DNA of 63,536 bases, the filler included, from an uncultured Methanosarcinales archaeon (lineage in GTDB: Archaea; Nanobdellota; Nanobdellia; Woesearchaeales; CAXGTL01): NCBI GenBank assembly GCA_964535955.1. It is 6 parts of 6 records of this genome, joined end to end, with 100 filler letters (N's around TTAATTAATTAA, not from the genome) between each part and the next. Parts side by side here need not be neighbours in the genome. Positions count along the whole stretch, not along the records: positions 46,145 to 54,022 come from CAZHVK010000022.1; positions 54,123 to 61,743 come from CAZHVK010000023.1; positions 61,844 to 63,536 come from CAZHVK010000031.1; 3 more parts are not named here. One strand, written 5' to 3'. The notes under the pieces are model-generated. The model ran no database searches. It was given only the letters and a program-made list of their open reading frames with translations, and was not told where the DNA came from. Made by a program: the position numbers and the translations under genes. This document shows, piece by piece, positions 52,501-63,536 of this stretch. Numbering within the stretch: the first letter of the stretch is position 1; each line of letters begins with the position of its first letter.

Positions 52501-53872
52501 TGAAGATCCTAAACAGATTGGGAAACTAGATTGTGATGATACTGATGCTGATGTTTATCCCAGGGATAATTTTAATGAAAAACAAAATGGTTTGTGTAAT
52601 GATGTTGATGATGATTGTGATGGGACAAAAGATGAAGAATGTGATTGTGTGACAGGATTAACACAAGAAGTTGATTGTGGTGATGGTGTTTGTAAAAATA
52701 CAGATGCTCTTGAATGCGTGCTTGGTGAATGGAATCCTGCTACTTGTGTTCCTAAGTTTGAGAATCAAGTTGATGAAAATACTTTGGAAAGATGTTGGGA
52801 TAATCTTGATAATGATTGTGATGGTTTTGTTGATACTTTTGATTCTGATTGTTATTTTGACAAAGATGAGGATGGTTATGAATCTGATGAACATTGTGGT
52901 GATGATTGTGATGATGATAATCCTTATATTAATCCTGGTGTAGAAGATGTTTGTGATGGTATTGATAATAATTGTAAAGATGGAATAAATGATGAAAAAC
53001 CTAACACTTATTATCTTGATAATGATGGTGATGGTTTTGGTAATCCTTCACAGACAAAACAAGTATGCACTCAACCACCTGGGTATGTTGTTGATAGTTC
53101 TGACTGTGATGATAATGATATAACAAGTTATCCTAGTGCAGAAGAATTATGTGATATACAAGACCACGACTGTGACACTGACATGGATACTTTAGATGGA
53201 AATGTTTTGCAAGAGATTTATCTAGAATCAGGTGAGCAATTGGTCAAATATTGTAATGATGGTAACTGGATAAGCAAGGTTTGTGGTAGTGAGATTGATT
53301 GCAATAACAATGTAGATGACGACTGCGACACTAACATTGATGAAGTAGATGAATGTACAACAATAGAACTAAAACTAAACCTACACAAAGGCTGGAACAT
53401 CCTACCAATCACAATAAATCCCGACATAAAAGAAATAGACAAAGCACTTGCGTTGATTCTTGATAATGTTGTTATTGTCAGAGAATATATTTCAACAGGT
53501 GTACTTGTCTATGATACTTCTGTTCCTGCTCGTTTCAATACATTGCAGACTATTGCTGGTGGAAAAGCATATCAAGTAAAGATGAAAGATGCTGGTGAAT
53601 TGACATTGACAGGAATGCCATTCACAAAAACAAGTGTCAAGCTGCACAAAGGTTGGAATAAGATAACTTATCTTGGTGATGATGTTGTGGATATTGAACC
53701 AACAATTGAATCAATCAAAGACAATGTTGTTATAATAAGAGAATATGCTAAAAGTGGTGTACTTGTTTATGATACTTCTATTCCTGCTCGTTTCAATACT
53801 TTGAAACAATTCAAACCTGATACTGGTTATCAGATTAAGATGCGTGATAAGAGTGAGGTGAATTTGAGTTGA
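46583..53872 (+). CDS. Giant secreted modular protein: three LamG-like domains, two beta-propeller-type repeat regions, MopE-like Asp/Cys repeats, C-terminal LHKGWN module
   Basis: AGGTGA RBS before ATG 46583; LVAYYKFD...FDGLIDELKIYN; FRVNTYT...VAMDADGNFVVVW; QTTDGGYILTG; DCDDDNPYINPG.E.CDGIDNNC. Confidence 0.9.
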   Translation: MIRKYLLFFCILIFINLCYAATSDNLVAYYKFDDDAHDHSGNDNHLTNNGGELVDSYLKLGNGGYVIKKNSDLDLVTTSFSVSSFVYIDKMTGDWQTIFEYGEYDINNEQNWLGLWINPEGKLSFSIGYDLESRIVVESDILSAGEWYLFTISFDKNNNKAVLYVNDEKVSEKIFEISGYWSEFSSVDFSIGASKYQDSYEQFFSGYVDEVKFYDSILSLDDVKSEILNKPDDIIVHVDPVSEEGLVAYYKFDFDAKDYSGKGNHGKVYGGAGFTKQGIKGDALRLDGVDDYVNIRGSDSLDLTNTITVSAWVIPDKTSDGGYILAKSDHYYYALGMGLNDLAPHLGTGSSYSKWQTFHDFLIDGWTNVVFTYDKDANEVKTFINGVHRDTFEYSETLGVNNYPLQIGRRLPSNYYFDGLIDELKIYNRVLIPEEITQEYEDSKPCYFSKQTVTRGPVKKLDGNYAPSSGKCSGNKVLVGIKYNYGSHMDGIYAVCKDLEFGYLNDMKFIDKEYKCSGWCHRTWNNQEIFCPEGYVVTGSKWSPPPVGGMSIICQKISLGYQGEILLGDEKWESQWIDSGDCAHRGAERCKSSMEIYSCPEGQVAAGVHNSIEGGIYCAGVKKLNDFDGDGYISMELGCDDCNDGNPYINPGIEEKFNGMDENCDEQIDESFDLDDKQEYCVEKPLRSITDNGCDAFSFGEEFHANTRTEGDQTLLSNAMDGDGNYIVVWQSNGQDGGGGGIYAKGGIYAKRFDKHGNELEPPESVERGDGNEFRVNTYTQNHQLNPSVAMDADGNFVVVWESKAQDHDKCTRTDCYGGDGIDECFWSECYGIYAKRYDKNGNELEPPESVERGWGNEFRVNTYIKADQLHPAIAMNNNGDFIIVWAHSRRERQGNIDIQRFNKNGERIGDELVVGYGNHPDVALNDNGKFVVTWGLNSKVYLQRFDSTGKKIGKTILADNSDRNSHLPSVAISENNNFVVTWVGSSNDAGNEIYAQVFNYNGRVRDEIHVNTLEEGNQALPDITMDSDGNFIIVWATGKHMSIGNTKKVSAQRFNYLGQKLGEEEKVGFYNNGFFPKVAMNNDNHYIVSWPPHSWTFAFGGEAYTRTYEKIEKKILAHYTFDDDLNDYSDNQDPGTIIGNVDYAEGIVGQALNCHGNSGTGEYDNWGEHNTVDLPKGLYSKKDQRTVSFWLYKETTPIFNEEMVYFSGKRAYKSGDYSLGNQFALSLLKNDKIRLSTGDYKFEYDYKPYYASWHHIVYSYDQKYVRLYIDNKLIGKEESDFWTDADDHQLCDYYGHLGNHDFKGLIDDLQIYNFALSDEEIRQIYVTKKPVEVCNNKDDDGDGRTDEDNVCQADCRPGMSYDVSSNRWMNDYCCGDDADEFYDPNRCFDTPEDVHACCENPDHYVDYFGNCVELCPNLGGVDKDNDGYDSIEFGGDDCDDDNPYINPGVEDVCDGIDNNCDDNIDEGCDCVDGATKIESCGKGECYKEIELLCVMGEWDKRCIALEKIEDEICDDGLDNDCDSVTDSDDDDCNENLEKDKDKIVHIQFDYLTKIFNEIKNDHSHGELTPDGGYVIGGYSGVLLKADSKGDKQWMKTFKIGDTPFYLRSFTQTTDGGYILTGNNGKNAKNLFVIKTDSKGNTCNVDSTYNCYINENKWVKFLKNEQLPPRAIIQTVDRGYIILCGVTQGNILKPRPRIIKIDSKGNILNEFEFGSDKDTVTSLQQTSNQGLIVTSIANIEDFNYYAGRLIKIRKNGKTQWTKNYDGNIYGYDAVNFAHQTTDGGYILTGTTQSYGKNKGIVWLIKTDSYGNTCNYKNQGYCFSNQNKWVRTFTIGTLRYGGGKVVKQTMDGGYILAATYNNRSLSTNMLLIKTDKNGYTCNYKKGILKNTCYYKKDIKFNNCYINKNKWVQIISLGYYGSVNSLQQISDTEYFVAGEKGLPNKKKLHPILIKIKISEPECVDSDEDGFYDETCEDPKQIGKLDCDDTDADVYPRDNFNEKQNGLCNDVDDDCDGTKDEECDCVTGLTQEVDCGDGVCKNTDALECVLGEWNPATCVPKFENQVDENTLERCWDNLDNDCDGFVDTFDSDCYFDKDEDGYESDEHCGDDCDDDNPYINPGVEDVCDGIDNNCKDGINDEKPNTYYLDNDGDGFGNPSQTKQVCTQPPGYVVDSSDCDDNDITSYPSAEELCDIQDHDCDTDMDTLDGNVLQEIYLESGEQLVKYCNDGNWISKVCGSEIDCNNNVDDDCDTNIDEVDECTTIELKLNLHKGWNILPITINPDIKEIDKALALILDNVVIVREYISTGVLVYDTSVPARFNTLQTIAGGKAYQVKMKDAGELTLTGMPFTKTSVKLHKGWNKITYLGDDVVDIEPTIESIKDNVVIIREYAKSGVLVYDTSIPARFNTLKQFKPDTGYQIKMRDKSEVNLS

Positions 53873-53890
53873 TGAATGCAGGTGATTTAA

Positions 53891-54022
53891 ATGTATAAGA
53901 AAGATCTGATTAACTGTGGAATTTTATTTCTCTTATTAATTTCAATGATAATTGTAAGTGCTGAACCAGTCTATGTTTTTGAAAGAAAATTAGGAGGGTT
54001 TGGTTCTTCTGAATTCTTGTTT
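53891..54022 (+). CDS. N-terminus of NHL-repeat surface protein (continues at 61844)
   Basis: AGGTGA RBS; MYKKDLINCGILFLLLISMIIVSAEPVY; 53968-54022 equals 61844-61898. Confidence 0.85.
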
Positions 54023-54122
54023 NNNNNNNNNNNNNNNNNNNNNNNNNNNNNNNNNNNNNNNNNNNNTTAATTAATTAANNNNNNNNNNNNNNNNNNNNNN
54101 NNNNNNNNNNNNNNNNNNNNNN

Positions 54123-54429
54123 CATCAATACCAAGCACACCACTACCTAAGTAAGGCATCATGTTCCAGCCTTTGTGAAGATTTATTTTTTTATTATCAA
54201 ACTCTGCACCACTAATTGTTAATTCAACAGAATCCTTCATCTTTACTTGATAAGCTTTACCACCACTAATTGTTTTCAAAGAATTAAATCTAGCAGGAAT
54301 CTTTGGATCAAAAACATAAACATCATCTGCACCATACTCTCTGATAATCACAACACTATCCATAACAGATGCAAGTACTTTGTCAATCTCAACAACATCA
54401 GGCTCAATAGTCAAAGGCATAACATTCCA
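54123..54429. repeat. 307-bp exact direct repeat shared by surface-protein 3' ends
   Basis: Identical to 61418-61724. Confidence 0.9.
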
Positions 54430-57400
54430 GCCTTTGTGCAATAATAATTTTAGTTCTACAGTATCGTCAACAACACAATCATCATCAAGAGCATCAACCA
54501 AACCATCACAATCATCATCTATTTCATTGTCACATATTTCAGAAGACCCTGGATAAATCTGTGGACTGATATCATCACAATCATCAGCATTATCAACAAG
54601 ATTAAGAGTGATCACAGAACACACAGTTGTTTCTACAGCAGACTCTGGATCACCAAACCCATCACCATCATGATCTTGATATTTTGTAATTTCATAACCT
54701 TCATCTTTTATTCCATCACAATCTTCATCTTTTCCATCACATTCTAGTTCTTTTGCAACATCTTGCACAGTTTCATAAGTACATCCATTACATCTTTTAT
54801 GAGTATCACCAGGTGCTTCACATTCATTGCCTGAACAATCACAGCAATCCTCATCAAGAGTATCTGCAAAACCATCACAATCATTATCAGCATCATCATT
54901 ACAATTATTTAATTCCAATGATTCTTGTTGTTTAACACAAATATCACCAGATTGTGCATAACAATTATTTTTATCACATCTCCATGAACAACTAGCAAAA
55001 GGAATTAATTCATCATAAACCCATTCTTGGTTTACAGAGTCTGGTCTTTCTCTTATAAATATTCCATCACCAGAAGGAACAGGTTCTACACATGATGGTT
55101 CAGGAATCTTTACACAAGTATTTTCATTTTTTTCATAACCATCTGCACACTTCCAATGACAAGCACTATGTACAGAAGGGGTATTCCTATAAGTCCATAT
55201 CACAGGACTATAACCATAAATATAAGTGCTTGGACCTTTTACCACATTACCACTAGGCATTACACCACCGCAGACACATTTAGAATGAGCAGCACCATCA
55301 ACACCCAAATTATCAATAATATTATTACAATCATCATCTTTTCCATTACAAAATTCATCAACAGGAGCTTGAGCATTAATACATTCACCATAACTAAAAG
55401 TTTCAGGTTTAATTGTTTTGATCTTATTACCATTCACAAACACTTCATGAACAATAGTTTCACCTAATGAACAACCACCTTGTAAAGAAACATCTAATAA
55501 TACATCATCATCAACATAAAGTTTACAACCACTACCAATGTTTTTCAAAGAAAGCATGAACTCATCACCAATATTCCAATCAAGAACACCTGAATCAAAA
55601 TAATTACTTTTTCCTGATTTTCTTATTATTAATTGAAGTTTTCCTCCATAAAGAGTTTGTAATATATAAGAATTATCATTGTCTGCTTTTAATTGAATCA
55701 ATAAAGAAGAACCTTTTGCAAATTCTTGCAACACACTTATTTTTGCATTAAATATATCATTAATATCAAAGTTTCTTACACAATTTTGTGTTCCTGACCT
55801 ACACTCACCAATATTTGTTTCACCGCACTGCTGAGTCAAACCTTCATTACCATCATCAACACCATCACAATCTTCGTCAATTCCATTGCATTGTTCATCA
55901 ACTGCAAGATCTTTAGGAGAACACACAGGCAACCATTCACCATTCATACAAGTTTGTTGGATTCTATTGACACATAGACCTTTGCCACATATTGTTTCTC
56001 TAAAAGTATTATCTATACAACCACAACCTTCATCTTTTAGATTATCACAATCATCATCTTGTCCATCACAATTAGTTTCTGCAACAAGATTCTCAACTTC
56101 AACATAATTACAACCATCACATCTTCTATTACCATTTTCTGGATGACATTTATTTTCTTCTAAACATTCACAACATTGATATGCTGTTGTTTCACCAGAA
56201 CTTTGTGCAAATGCTTTAGAAATTTGTGAATATTCTTTTGCAACATAAGGATTTATACATTTCCATTTACATCGTGTTTGTGGTGTTGCAGAAGCATCAT
56301 ATGTCCATGCACTTGGTTCATAAGGTGGTGTGTATACATCTAATCCCTGCAATATTCTTTCTTTTTGTAATGCAATATCACCAGACTTGCATTGTGTTTG
56401 TGTTGAGATTATTTTAAATTGTTTTTCAAATTCATTACCTGATGATACAACCAAAACCTTGTATTCACCACTAGGAACCTGTGTTTCTAAAAACACAGCA
56501 TCAAAACCTTCACCAACACATTTTTCTTCTTTCTGATCCCATGCAAATTCAACAGTTTCTCCTGGTTTTATTGCAAGAGCTTTGACAAGACACCTAGAAT
56601 TACAACCATCACAAGGCACATTATTTATCTTTATCCATTCATCATCAACTAATCTATAAAAATCACCACTATAAAACACATCTTCATTAAAATTATTAAC
56701 AATACTAACAACAACATCTTCACCTAAATCATATTTATTTTTATTACTTGTAACTGTTAGTTTAGGTTGTTCATCACCACAATTACCTTTTGTACAACAA
56801 TTATTGTCAACAAACAAACAATCACCTTTATTACAAACATCTTGAGTACAGCCAGCCTCATTTGTATCATAACTTTCACAAGAATTTATTGATGAACAAG
56901 TCAAACACCCACCTATATTTAAAAGAGTTTCATCAAAATAACAACCTTGTTCAAGACCCAAACATTCATCCTGATCACACACATTAGTTATACCTATCCC
57001 ACAATTATCACACACACTACAATCAGAATCCTGCATATCAAGTGTATTATCACAATCATTGTCTATTCCATCATTACAAATCAATTCTGTCTGTGCACTA
57101 GGATTAAATAATTCTTCTTCATTATCACAGATTTCACAAGCATCTCCTTTTGCATCATTATCTTTATTCTCTTGTCCAGGATTAGAAACACTAGGACAAT
57201 TATCATCATTATCACAGATGTTATCATCATCTGTATCATCACACACAGAATAAGGATTACATTTACCACCAACACAACCATTATTACACTGTACAAGTTG
57301 GATATTAACAGTACCATCTTGTATTCCATTCTCGTCAACAACACAATAATACTCATACAATCCTTTACCATTAGGATCATACTCATCACAAAAATCATAA

Positions 57401-60400
57401 GAATCATGTTCAGCAATATCATTAACAACACCCAATGTAAAAGCATCTATTCCATTATTATCATCTGTCTCATCACTGTCAGTGCACAAGACTTCTTCTG
57501 GTTCTTCTAAGTCGATTGTTGCTTTTATTTCTATGTCTTTATCAAAGATTCTTATTTTGTGTGCATTTTCATGATAAGGGATTTTGATTATTGTTTCTAC
57601 TTGTTGTAATTCTTCTTCTTCATGACCCCATAATTCTAGTTCTTCATCATAATAACTATACCTTACTTTAACAGGAATATCAAAAAACACAGCATCTATT
57701 GAATTAAAATTCTCATCTAAAACTTCACCAACATATGAACCAGGCAGATTATAAACAACCTCAGTTGCTGTAACAGGTTTAACTTCAATTGATTCAATAC
57801 TTATATCACCATTATTATATTTTAATTTTATCTCATAAAAAGATCCAGAACCCTCAGCCTCTTTCTGCTCAACATTTATTTGCATTGTTTTCCCAACAAC
57901 ACTTTGCTTGCTCAGGCTCATCAAACTTTTTGAAGAAACAACATCTTCATCATCTTCAGATTCACAAGACAATGTTCCTGTCACAAAATTATAATCATCA
58001 TCAGAAATAAAATCATATTCATACAATAAATCTAATTTTTTCTTATAGATATCAGCCCATTTCTTTGCATTACTCTCAGAAATATCTGTATAATAAATAC
58101 TCTCAGGATCTATTAGTTTTTTTAATTTAAACATATTACTTTGTGATGTAAAAGCTTCAATAAAAGTTGCAATATCTTCTCCTTTTTCAGTGCCACCATA
58201 AGTACGCCAGAGGCCATATTTCGGTCGAACACCCTGGAAAAGTGAAGATACTCCATCCCAATCAGACCAAACAGTAGAACTCTTTCCACTATCAAATGTA
58301 TGTGTCTTTGTATTATCATAAACATCTCCTGCTATCTCTTCCCATTTCTTAATAAACTCAGCATCACCATCAGGATCTACAAATTCTGTTCCCATATATT
58401 CCCAAAGTTTGTAATGTGAACCATAATCACTCATAAATCTAGTAACACTATATTTAATCTCCTCTTCCATTTTATCAAGATGAACATAAGCAGATGTCAT
58501 AAAATGACTAAATGCACCCCAAGAATCAACTAATAATGGCTTATGGAGATATTCTTCAAGTTCATGATAATCAACTAGCTTTTTATAAAACTCATTTTTC
58601 TCATCATCTGAAAATTTATCACTTTCTAAAACCATTTGTCTTAATTTTTCATCATCAGATTCCTCTGTCCCTAGTTTATCTTGTGCTTTATATTTCTGAT
58701 AAAAATAATATCCTGTTACAGTACTAAATTTGTATTTTGCAGCAGCTCTTGTGTAACTATATTTTCCTTCTATTTCATAGTGCAAATTATGTGCTGCTTC
58801 ATGATCTAAATAATATTTATAAAAATCAATTGAATTAAATCTCATTATCCTATTAGAAGATGTAAAAGCATTACCAAAACCTAGTTCTTCAAATCTTCCA
58901 GGGGGGTAAATAATAATTCCTTTAAAAGACATGCTCATTTTTTTAGGGAGGCCATATAAATATCTTATCACCTTTTCTTTAAGATCAGGAGCATTATTAA
59001 CTCCTGCAATTACCAGATGATTAGGTGCAGCAAGAGTCAAGGTTTGAACTTCTCCAACCTCAACATTATCATGGAATAATATTGTTCTATCCTGTTCAAG
59101 CCTATGCAACATTTGTTCTGTTGTCAATTTTTCTTCTTTCAAAATGTCACCATTAACAGCTAACTTATATCCATCTTCACAAACACATTTACAATAATGC
59201 CCTGATTTATAAGGAACAGAATTAGGGATTGTATCAGCACAATATTCACCACATTTATCAATTTTTTCTTCAATCACCCCCTCTTGTTTCCAAAAACTAT
59301 GAAAATCTTTATCCTGCCCAAAAACATACTCATTAAATACAAACTCACTTTGTAAAGGAAGGTTTCTATTCATTTTTTTCAATGTTTCTTCTGCTTTACA
59401 AAAATTAGAAAGGAAATTAGTCATTTCATTTTTCCATATAGGAATTGCATTAGTACTTCCTTCTATATCAAAATAAAACAATTCACTATTATGATTACAA
59501 TAAAAAAAATTCAGTTTTTTTTCTTTTTTAAACCAAGTGATACCACTAGAATAAACACCACTTAAATCCCTATACTTCTCACTACACATACCAAGAGAAC
59601 CAGGCAAATAACTTTCAACACCATAATAAAAATTATCTAATATCTGAGCACCAGTCACCACCTGATCTAGACCAATAAAACCTGATCTTTTCAGCTCATA
59701 CCTAACAGCAACCCCATCCCTCTCTTCACATATAAATTCTCTCAAAGCTTCTGTTGGCTTATACTTATCAGGAACAGGATAATCTTCAGGATGCTCAAGA
59801 CGATAAGCCTCATACTTAGTCACTTGCTCTTCAACCCAATCAACGCGACCATACTTATAATCACTCAATCTCCCACTATAAACACACCTTGCTTCTGCAT
59901 AAGGATCTTCATCAAATGAACCAGTAAAATCACCATAAGCTTGTTTAGCACCAAAATTATCAACAAGCTTAGGACCTGTTTTTTCACAAAGATAATCATC
60001 ACCACACTTTCTCATCTTCCACTGAAAACCTTTTCCATAAGAAAAATGACCCTGACCAACATATGATTCATATTTACCAGTTTCTCTATTTTCATAAAGA
60101 TGACACATGTAAACATCTAATGCTTCAACCTTATCAAGAACAAAATCAAATGTCTTGGTTTTTGCAACATTTTTACCAATAGCATCAGCTTCTATCTTTA
60201 CAGTGATCTTATCAACATCATCACAAGCTTCATCATCAAACAAATCCTCCCAAACCTTAAACTGAACATAGCCATCAGTAGTTGGTTTTGTATAACTATA
60301 TATCTCATTTTCACCGCAATAGAAAAAAGAAGTTACACTCCATCCACTCTCTAAATCAGGTATCATACTCACCTTCAGATAAATATTTCCATTGTTATCA

Positions 60401-61248
60401 AAACTAACTTCTTTATTTTTATTGATATCATTCACCTTTTGATCAATAATATTTATCTCAGCACATGTTGAACATGTGTCAGTTGTTCCAGCAGCTGCAA
60501 GAGATTTTGAAGAACTAAGTTCTGATTCTTGATAACATCTAGAAGAACATAAAAGATTTACACATTCACCCCAAACACACATTTCACCAACACTACAATC
60601 AGGAGTTTCAGCACATTCAGCCATACCAAGTTTCATTTTAGTACACAAAAGCCATCTTTCTTCTCGTGTCAAATAAAGAGAATAATATTCATCCTCACAA
60701 TCACAACAACATGTTTCTTCCCAATCATTAGGATCACAACGAGGACCGGCACGGACACTAAACTTAGAAATAACACCACCTTTTTCAATTATCGGATCTG
60801 ATTCTTCTTTTAAATTATTCTCAGAAGATTGATAATTTTTATTAACAGATTCTTGTGCATCTCTTTCTTTTCTAGTCATACATCCTCCAGAACCACAAAC
60901 ACATTCATAAGACTCTTGTATTATATTAAGCATAAGGTCTATTCCAAGACCACTACCATGATAATTTTCAAACTCATCATTATACTCATTTACACATTCT
61001 TCTAAATAACCAAAGATCAATGCCATATCCATTATATCAGGATATTCATCATGTACTTCATGCCAACCATCATGCACCCTCTTCATCCTATCCTCATAAG
61101 CACCAATCTTAATATTCCCATGATCAATACAAATAAGCTCTCGATCATCAGGGTGTTTATTACAAGATTCAACACCAGCACCAAAACCAACATTAACTAA
61201 CACAATCAAACAAATTACAATCAATAAAAACTTTTTATTGATATTCAA
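54123..61248 (-). CDS. Giant secreted modular protein with HExxH zinc-metallopeptidase-like domain, TSP3/MopE-like repeats, Ig-like domain and C-terminal LHKGWN module; 3' end lost in gap
   Basis: Signal peptide; LDHEAAHNLH and downstream YGGTEKGEDIATF; DNCPSVSNPGQENKDNDAKGDAC; EICDNEIDDDCDG. Confidence 0.88.
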
Positions 61249-61743
61249 CCCATATCAACCTCACCAACATCCTTCATCTTCACTTGATAACCTGTCTCTG
61301 GTTGAAACTCTTTCAAAGAATTAAAACGAGCAGGAATCTTTGGATCATAAACAAAAACATCATCAGCACCATATTCTCTGATAATAACAATATTGTCTTT
61401 TACAGATCCAATTACATCATCAATACCAAGCACACCACTACCTAAGTAAGGCATCATGTTCCAGCCTTTGTGAAGATTTATTTTTTTATTATCAAACTCT
61501 GCACCACTAATTGTTAATTCAACAGAATCCTTCATCTTTACTTGATAAGCTTTACCACCACTAATTGTTTTCAAAGAATTAAATCTAGCAGGAATCTTTG
61601 GATCAAAAACATAAACATCATCTGCACCATACTCTCTGATAATCACAACACTATCCATAACAGATGCAAGTACTTTGTCAATCTCAACAACATCAGGCTC
61701 AATAGTCAAAGGCATAACATTCCAACCTTTGTGTAATGATAAT
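61245..61743 (-). CDS. C-terminus (LHKGWN module) of the NHL-repeat surface protein
   Basis: Reverse complement of 61689-61743 equals 63482-63536. Confidence 0.85.
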
Positions 61744-61843
61744 NNNNNNNNNNNNNNNNNNNNNNNNNNNNNNNNNNNNNNNNNNNNTTAATTAATTAAN
61801 NNNNNNNNNNNNNNNNNNNNNNNNNNNNNNNNNNNNNNNNNNN

Positions 61844-63536
61844 AGTCTATGTTTTTGAAAGAAAATTAGGAGGGTTTGGTTCTTCTGAATTCTTGTTTAA
61901 TAATTTAGGTAATGTTGATGTTAATTCTGAAAATTATCTTGTAGTCACTGATTATGGTAATAAGATGATCAAGGTCTATAATGAAAAAGGTTATTTTGAA
62001 AAATGGATTGATAATAATTGTTGTGAAACCAATGCTTTGGATCCATTCATTCCTGTGTCTGTGACAATAAGTTCAAAAGATGAAATCTATGTTGCTGACA
62101 GGATGGGTGGAATTGGTAATGTCAAGGTGTTGAATAGTCAGGGTGTTTTACAAAGAATGATTGGTCATGGTAAGATTAGTAGTGATGATGATAGAGAAAA
62201 AAGAACACAAAAACCCAACAAGATCATAATCAATTCACAAAATAATGTTATTATCTTGGATAAACGTGTTGTTGCAGAATGGGGTGCAAGTGTTAAAGTA
62301 TATAAAAATCAACATGATGTTCTTGTTTATGATGAACAAGGCAATTTTTTGTTTAAGATTGGTTTTAAGCATTGTGATATCATGTCTCCTAATAATGATG
62401 AATGTATTGGTAAGTTTAAAGATATAAAAGATATTGCAATTGATTCAAAAGACAGGATTATTATTCTTGATTCAACTAATGTTCAGATCTTTGATAGTAA
62501 TGGTAAATTTATTAAAAAAATTGGTTATATTGCTCCTGGTGTTAATGAATTTAATAATCCATTATCTGTTGCAGTTGATTCAAAAGATAATATAATTATT
62601 GCTGATACTGGTAATAATAAGATAAAGGTGTATAGTCCTGGGTTTTCGAATATTTTTAATTTTGGTTCTGAATGTGATCTTAGCATGTTGACAGATCCTA
62701 GTTTTACCCAGACTTGTAAACATTTTCCTAGTGCACCTATGTGTCAAAATCATCCTGCTAAAAAGTGTCATACTGAGTTTGAAGGTGCTGTTGAAAAAGG
62801 TGATGGCCAGTTTAAATATCCTAGTTTTGTTGCAGTTGATTCTCAGGATAATATTATTGTTGTTGACAAGAATAATCATAGGCTGCAAATATTTGATTCT
62901 TCAGGCAAATTTCTACAAAAAATAGGTTCACTTGGACAAGGTGATGCAGAGTTTGGAAGACATGGTCCTGATTATATAACTTTTGATAATAATGGTGATA
63001 TGATTGTTGTTGATAATGGTAATTCTAGGATTCAGTTTTTTGATTTTAAAGGTGAAGTTGTTGTTAATGATAAAGATGGTGATGGTTTTGACTCAAATGA
63101 ACATGGTGGTGCTGATTGTGATGATACCAGTCAACAGATAAATCCAAGTGCGAGTGAAATTTGTGATGGTGTTGATAATGATTGTAATGGTGCTATTGAT
63201 GAAGGATGTGGTTGTGAGCATAATATAGAAGAGTTTGATGTTGTTTGTGGTATTGGTGAATGTGAAATAATTATACCAATAAGACAATGTATTTTTGGTG
63301 AATGGGATAATAAATGTCCTAATCTTGAATTCAGTCCTTTAAAACAAGATGAAAATACTGTTGAAAAGTGTAAAGATGGTCTTGATAATGATTGTGATGG
63401 TGTGGTTGATGCATTAGATGATGATTGTGTAGATGTTGATGATGTTGGTGTTGATGATATTGAGATAAGTAAAGAAATTACATTATCATTACACAAAGGT
63501 TGGAATGTTATGCCTTTGACTATTGAGCCTGATGTT
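61844..63536 (+). CDS. Middle of NHL-repeat beta-propeller surface protein with MopE-like repeats (737 aa when rejoined)
   Basis: Not in ORF track. FNNPLSVAVDSKDNIIIADTGNNKIKVY and GDGQFKYPSFVAVDSQDNIIVVDKNNHRLQIFD; DCDDTSQQINPSASEICDGVDNDC. Three pieces sum to 132+1638+444=2214 nt, in frame. Confidence 0.88.

Noticed and set aside
54123..61743. Apparent invertible segment bounded by inverted repeats (shufflon or phase variation)
   Set aside because: Both ends are linker gaps, and 55-bp overlaps show the contig is simply placed in reverse; no recombinase gene is present.

Overview
AT-rich archaeal sequence, most consistent with a DPANN lineage such as Woesearchaeota (inference from the archaeal LonB, GGTGA/GGAGG ribosome-binding sites, TATA boxes and many giant Cys/Asp-rich surface proteins). 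The window is a stitched set of contigs with six 100-bp N gaps, five carrying an artificial TTAATTAATTAA linker. Exact 55-bp end overlaps let several joins be rebuilt. Bases 1-20.6 kb hold the main candidate new system: two tandem cassettes of a split RHS/Tc-like toxin. In each, a giant secreted SpvB/FG-GAP/YD-repeat 'shell' protein lacks the RHS core and ends in adhesin-like domains. A separate upstream, signal-peptide-bearing gene supplies the remaining YD repeats, the RHS core, a glycine-rich hydrophobic segment and a variable ParB/Srx-like tip. Bases 20.9-46 kb hold membrane, surface and housekeeping genes (HerA-like ATPase, LonB, EndoQ-like, HIT pair, prepilin peptidase, UppS-like). This region also has two copies of a covarying structured non-coding element and a two-gene nucleotidyltransferase cassette next to a duplicated gene end. 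Bases 46.1-63.5 kb, once reordered, form a co-oriented array of at least four secreted modular proteins (LamG/propeller, NHL, HExxH metallopeptidase) sharing a C-terminal module that is partly identical at the DNA level. All family calls come from motif recognition by eye; no database search was run.
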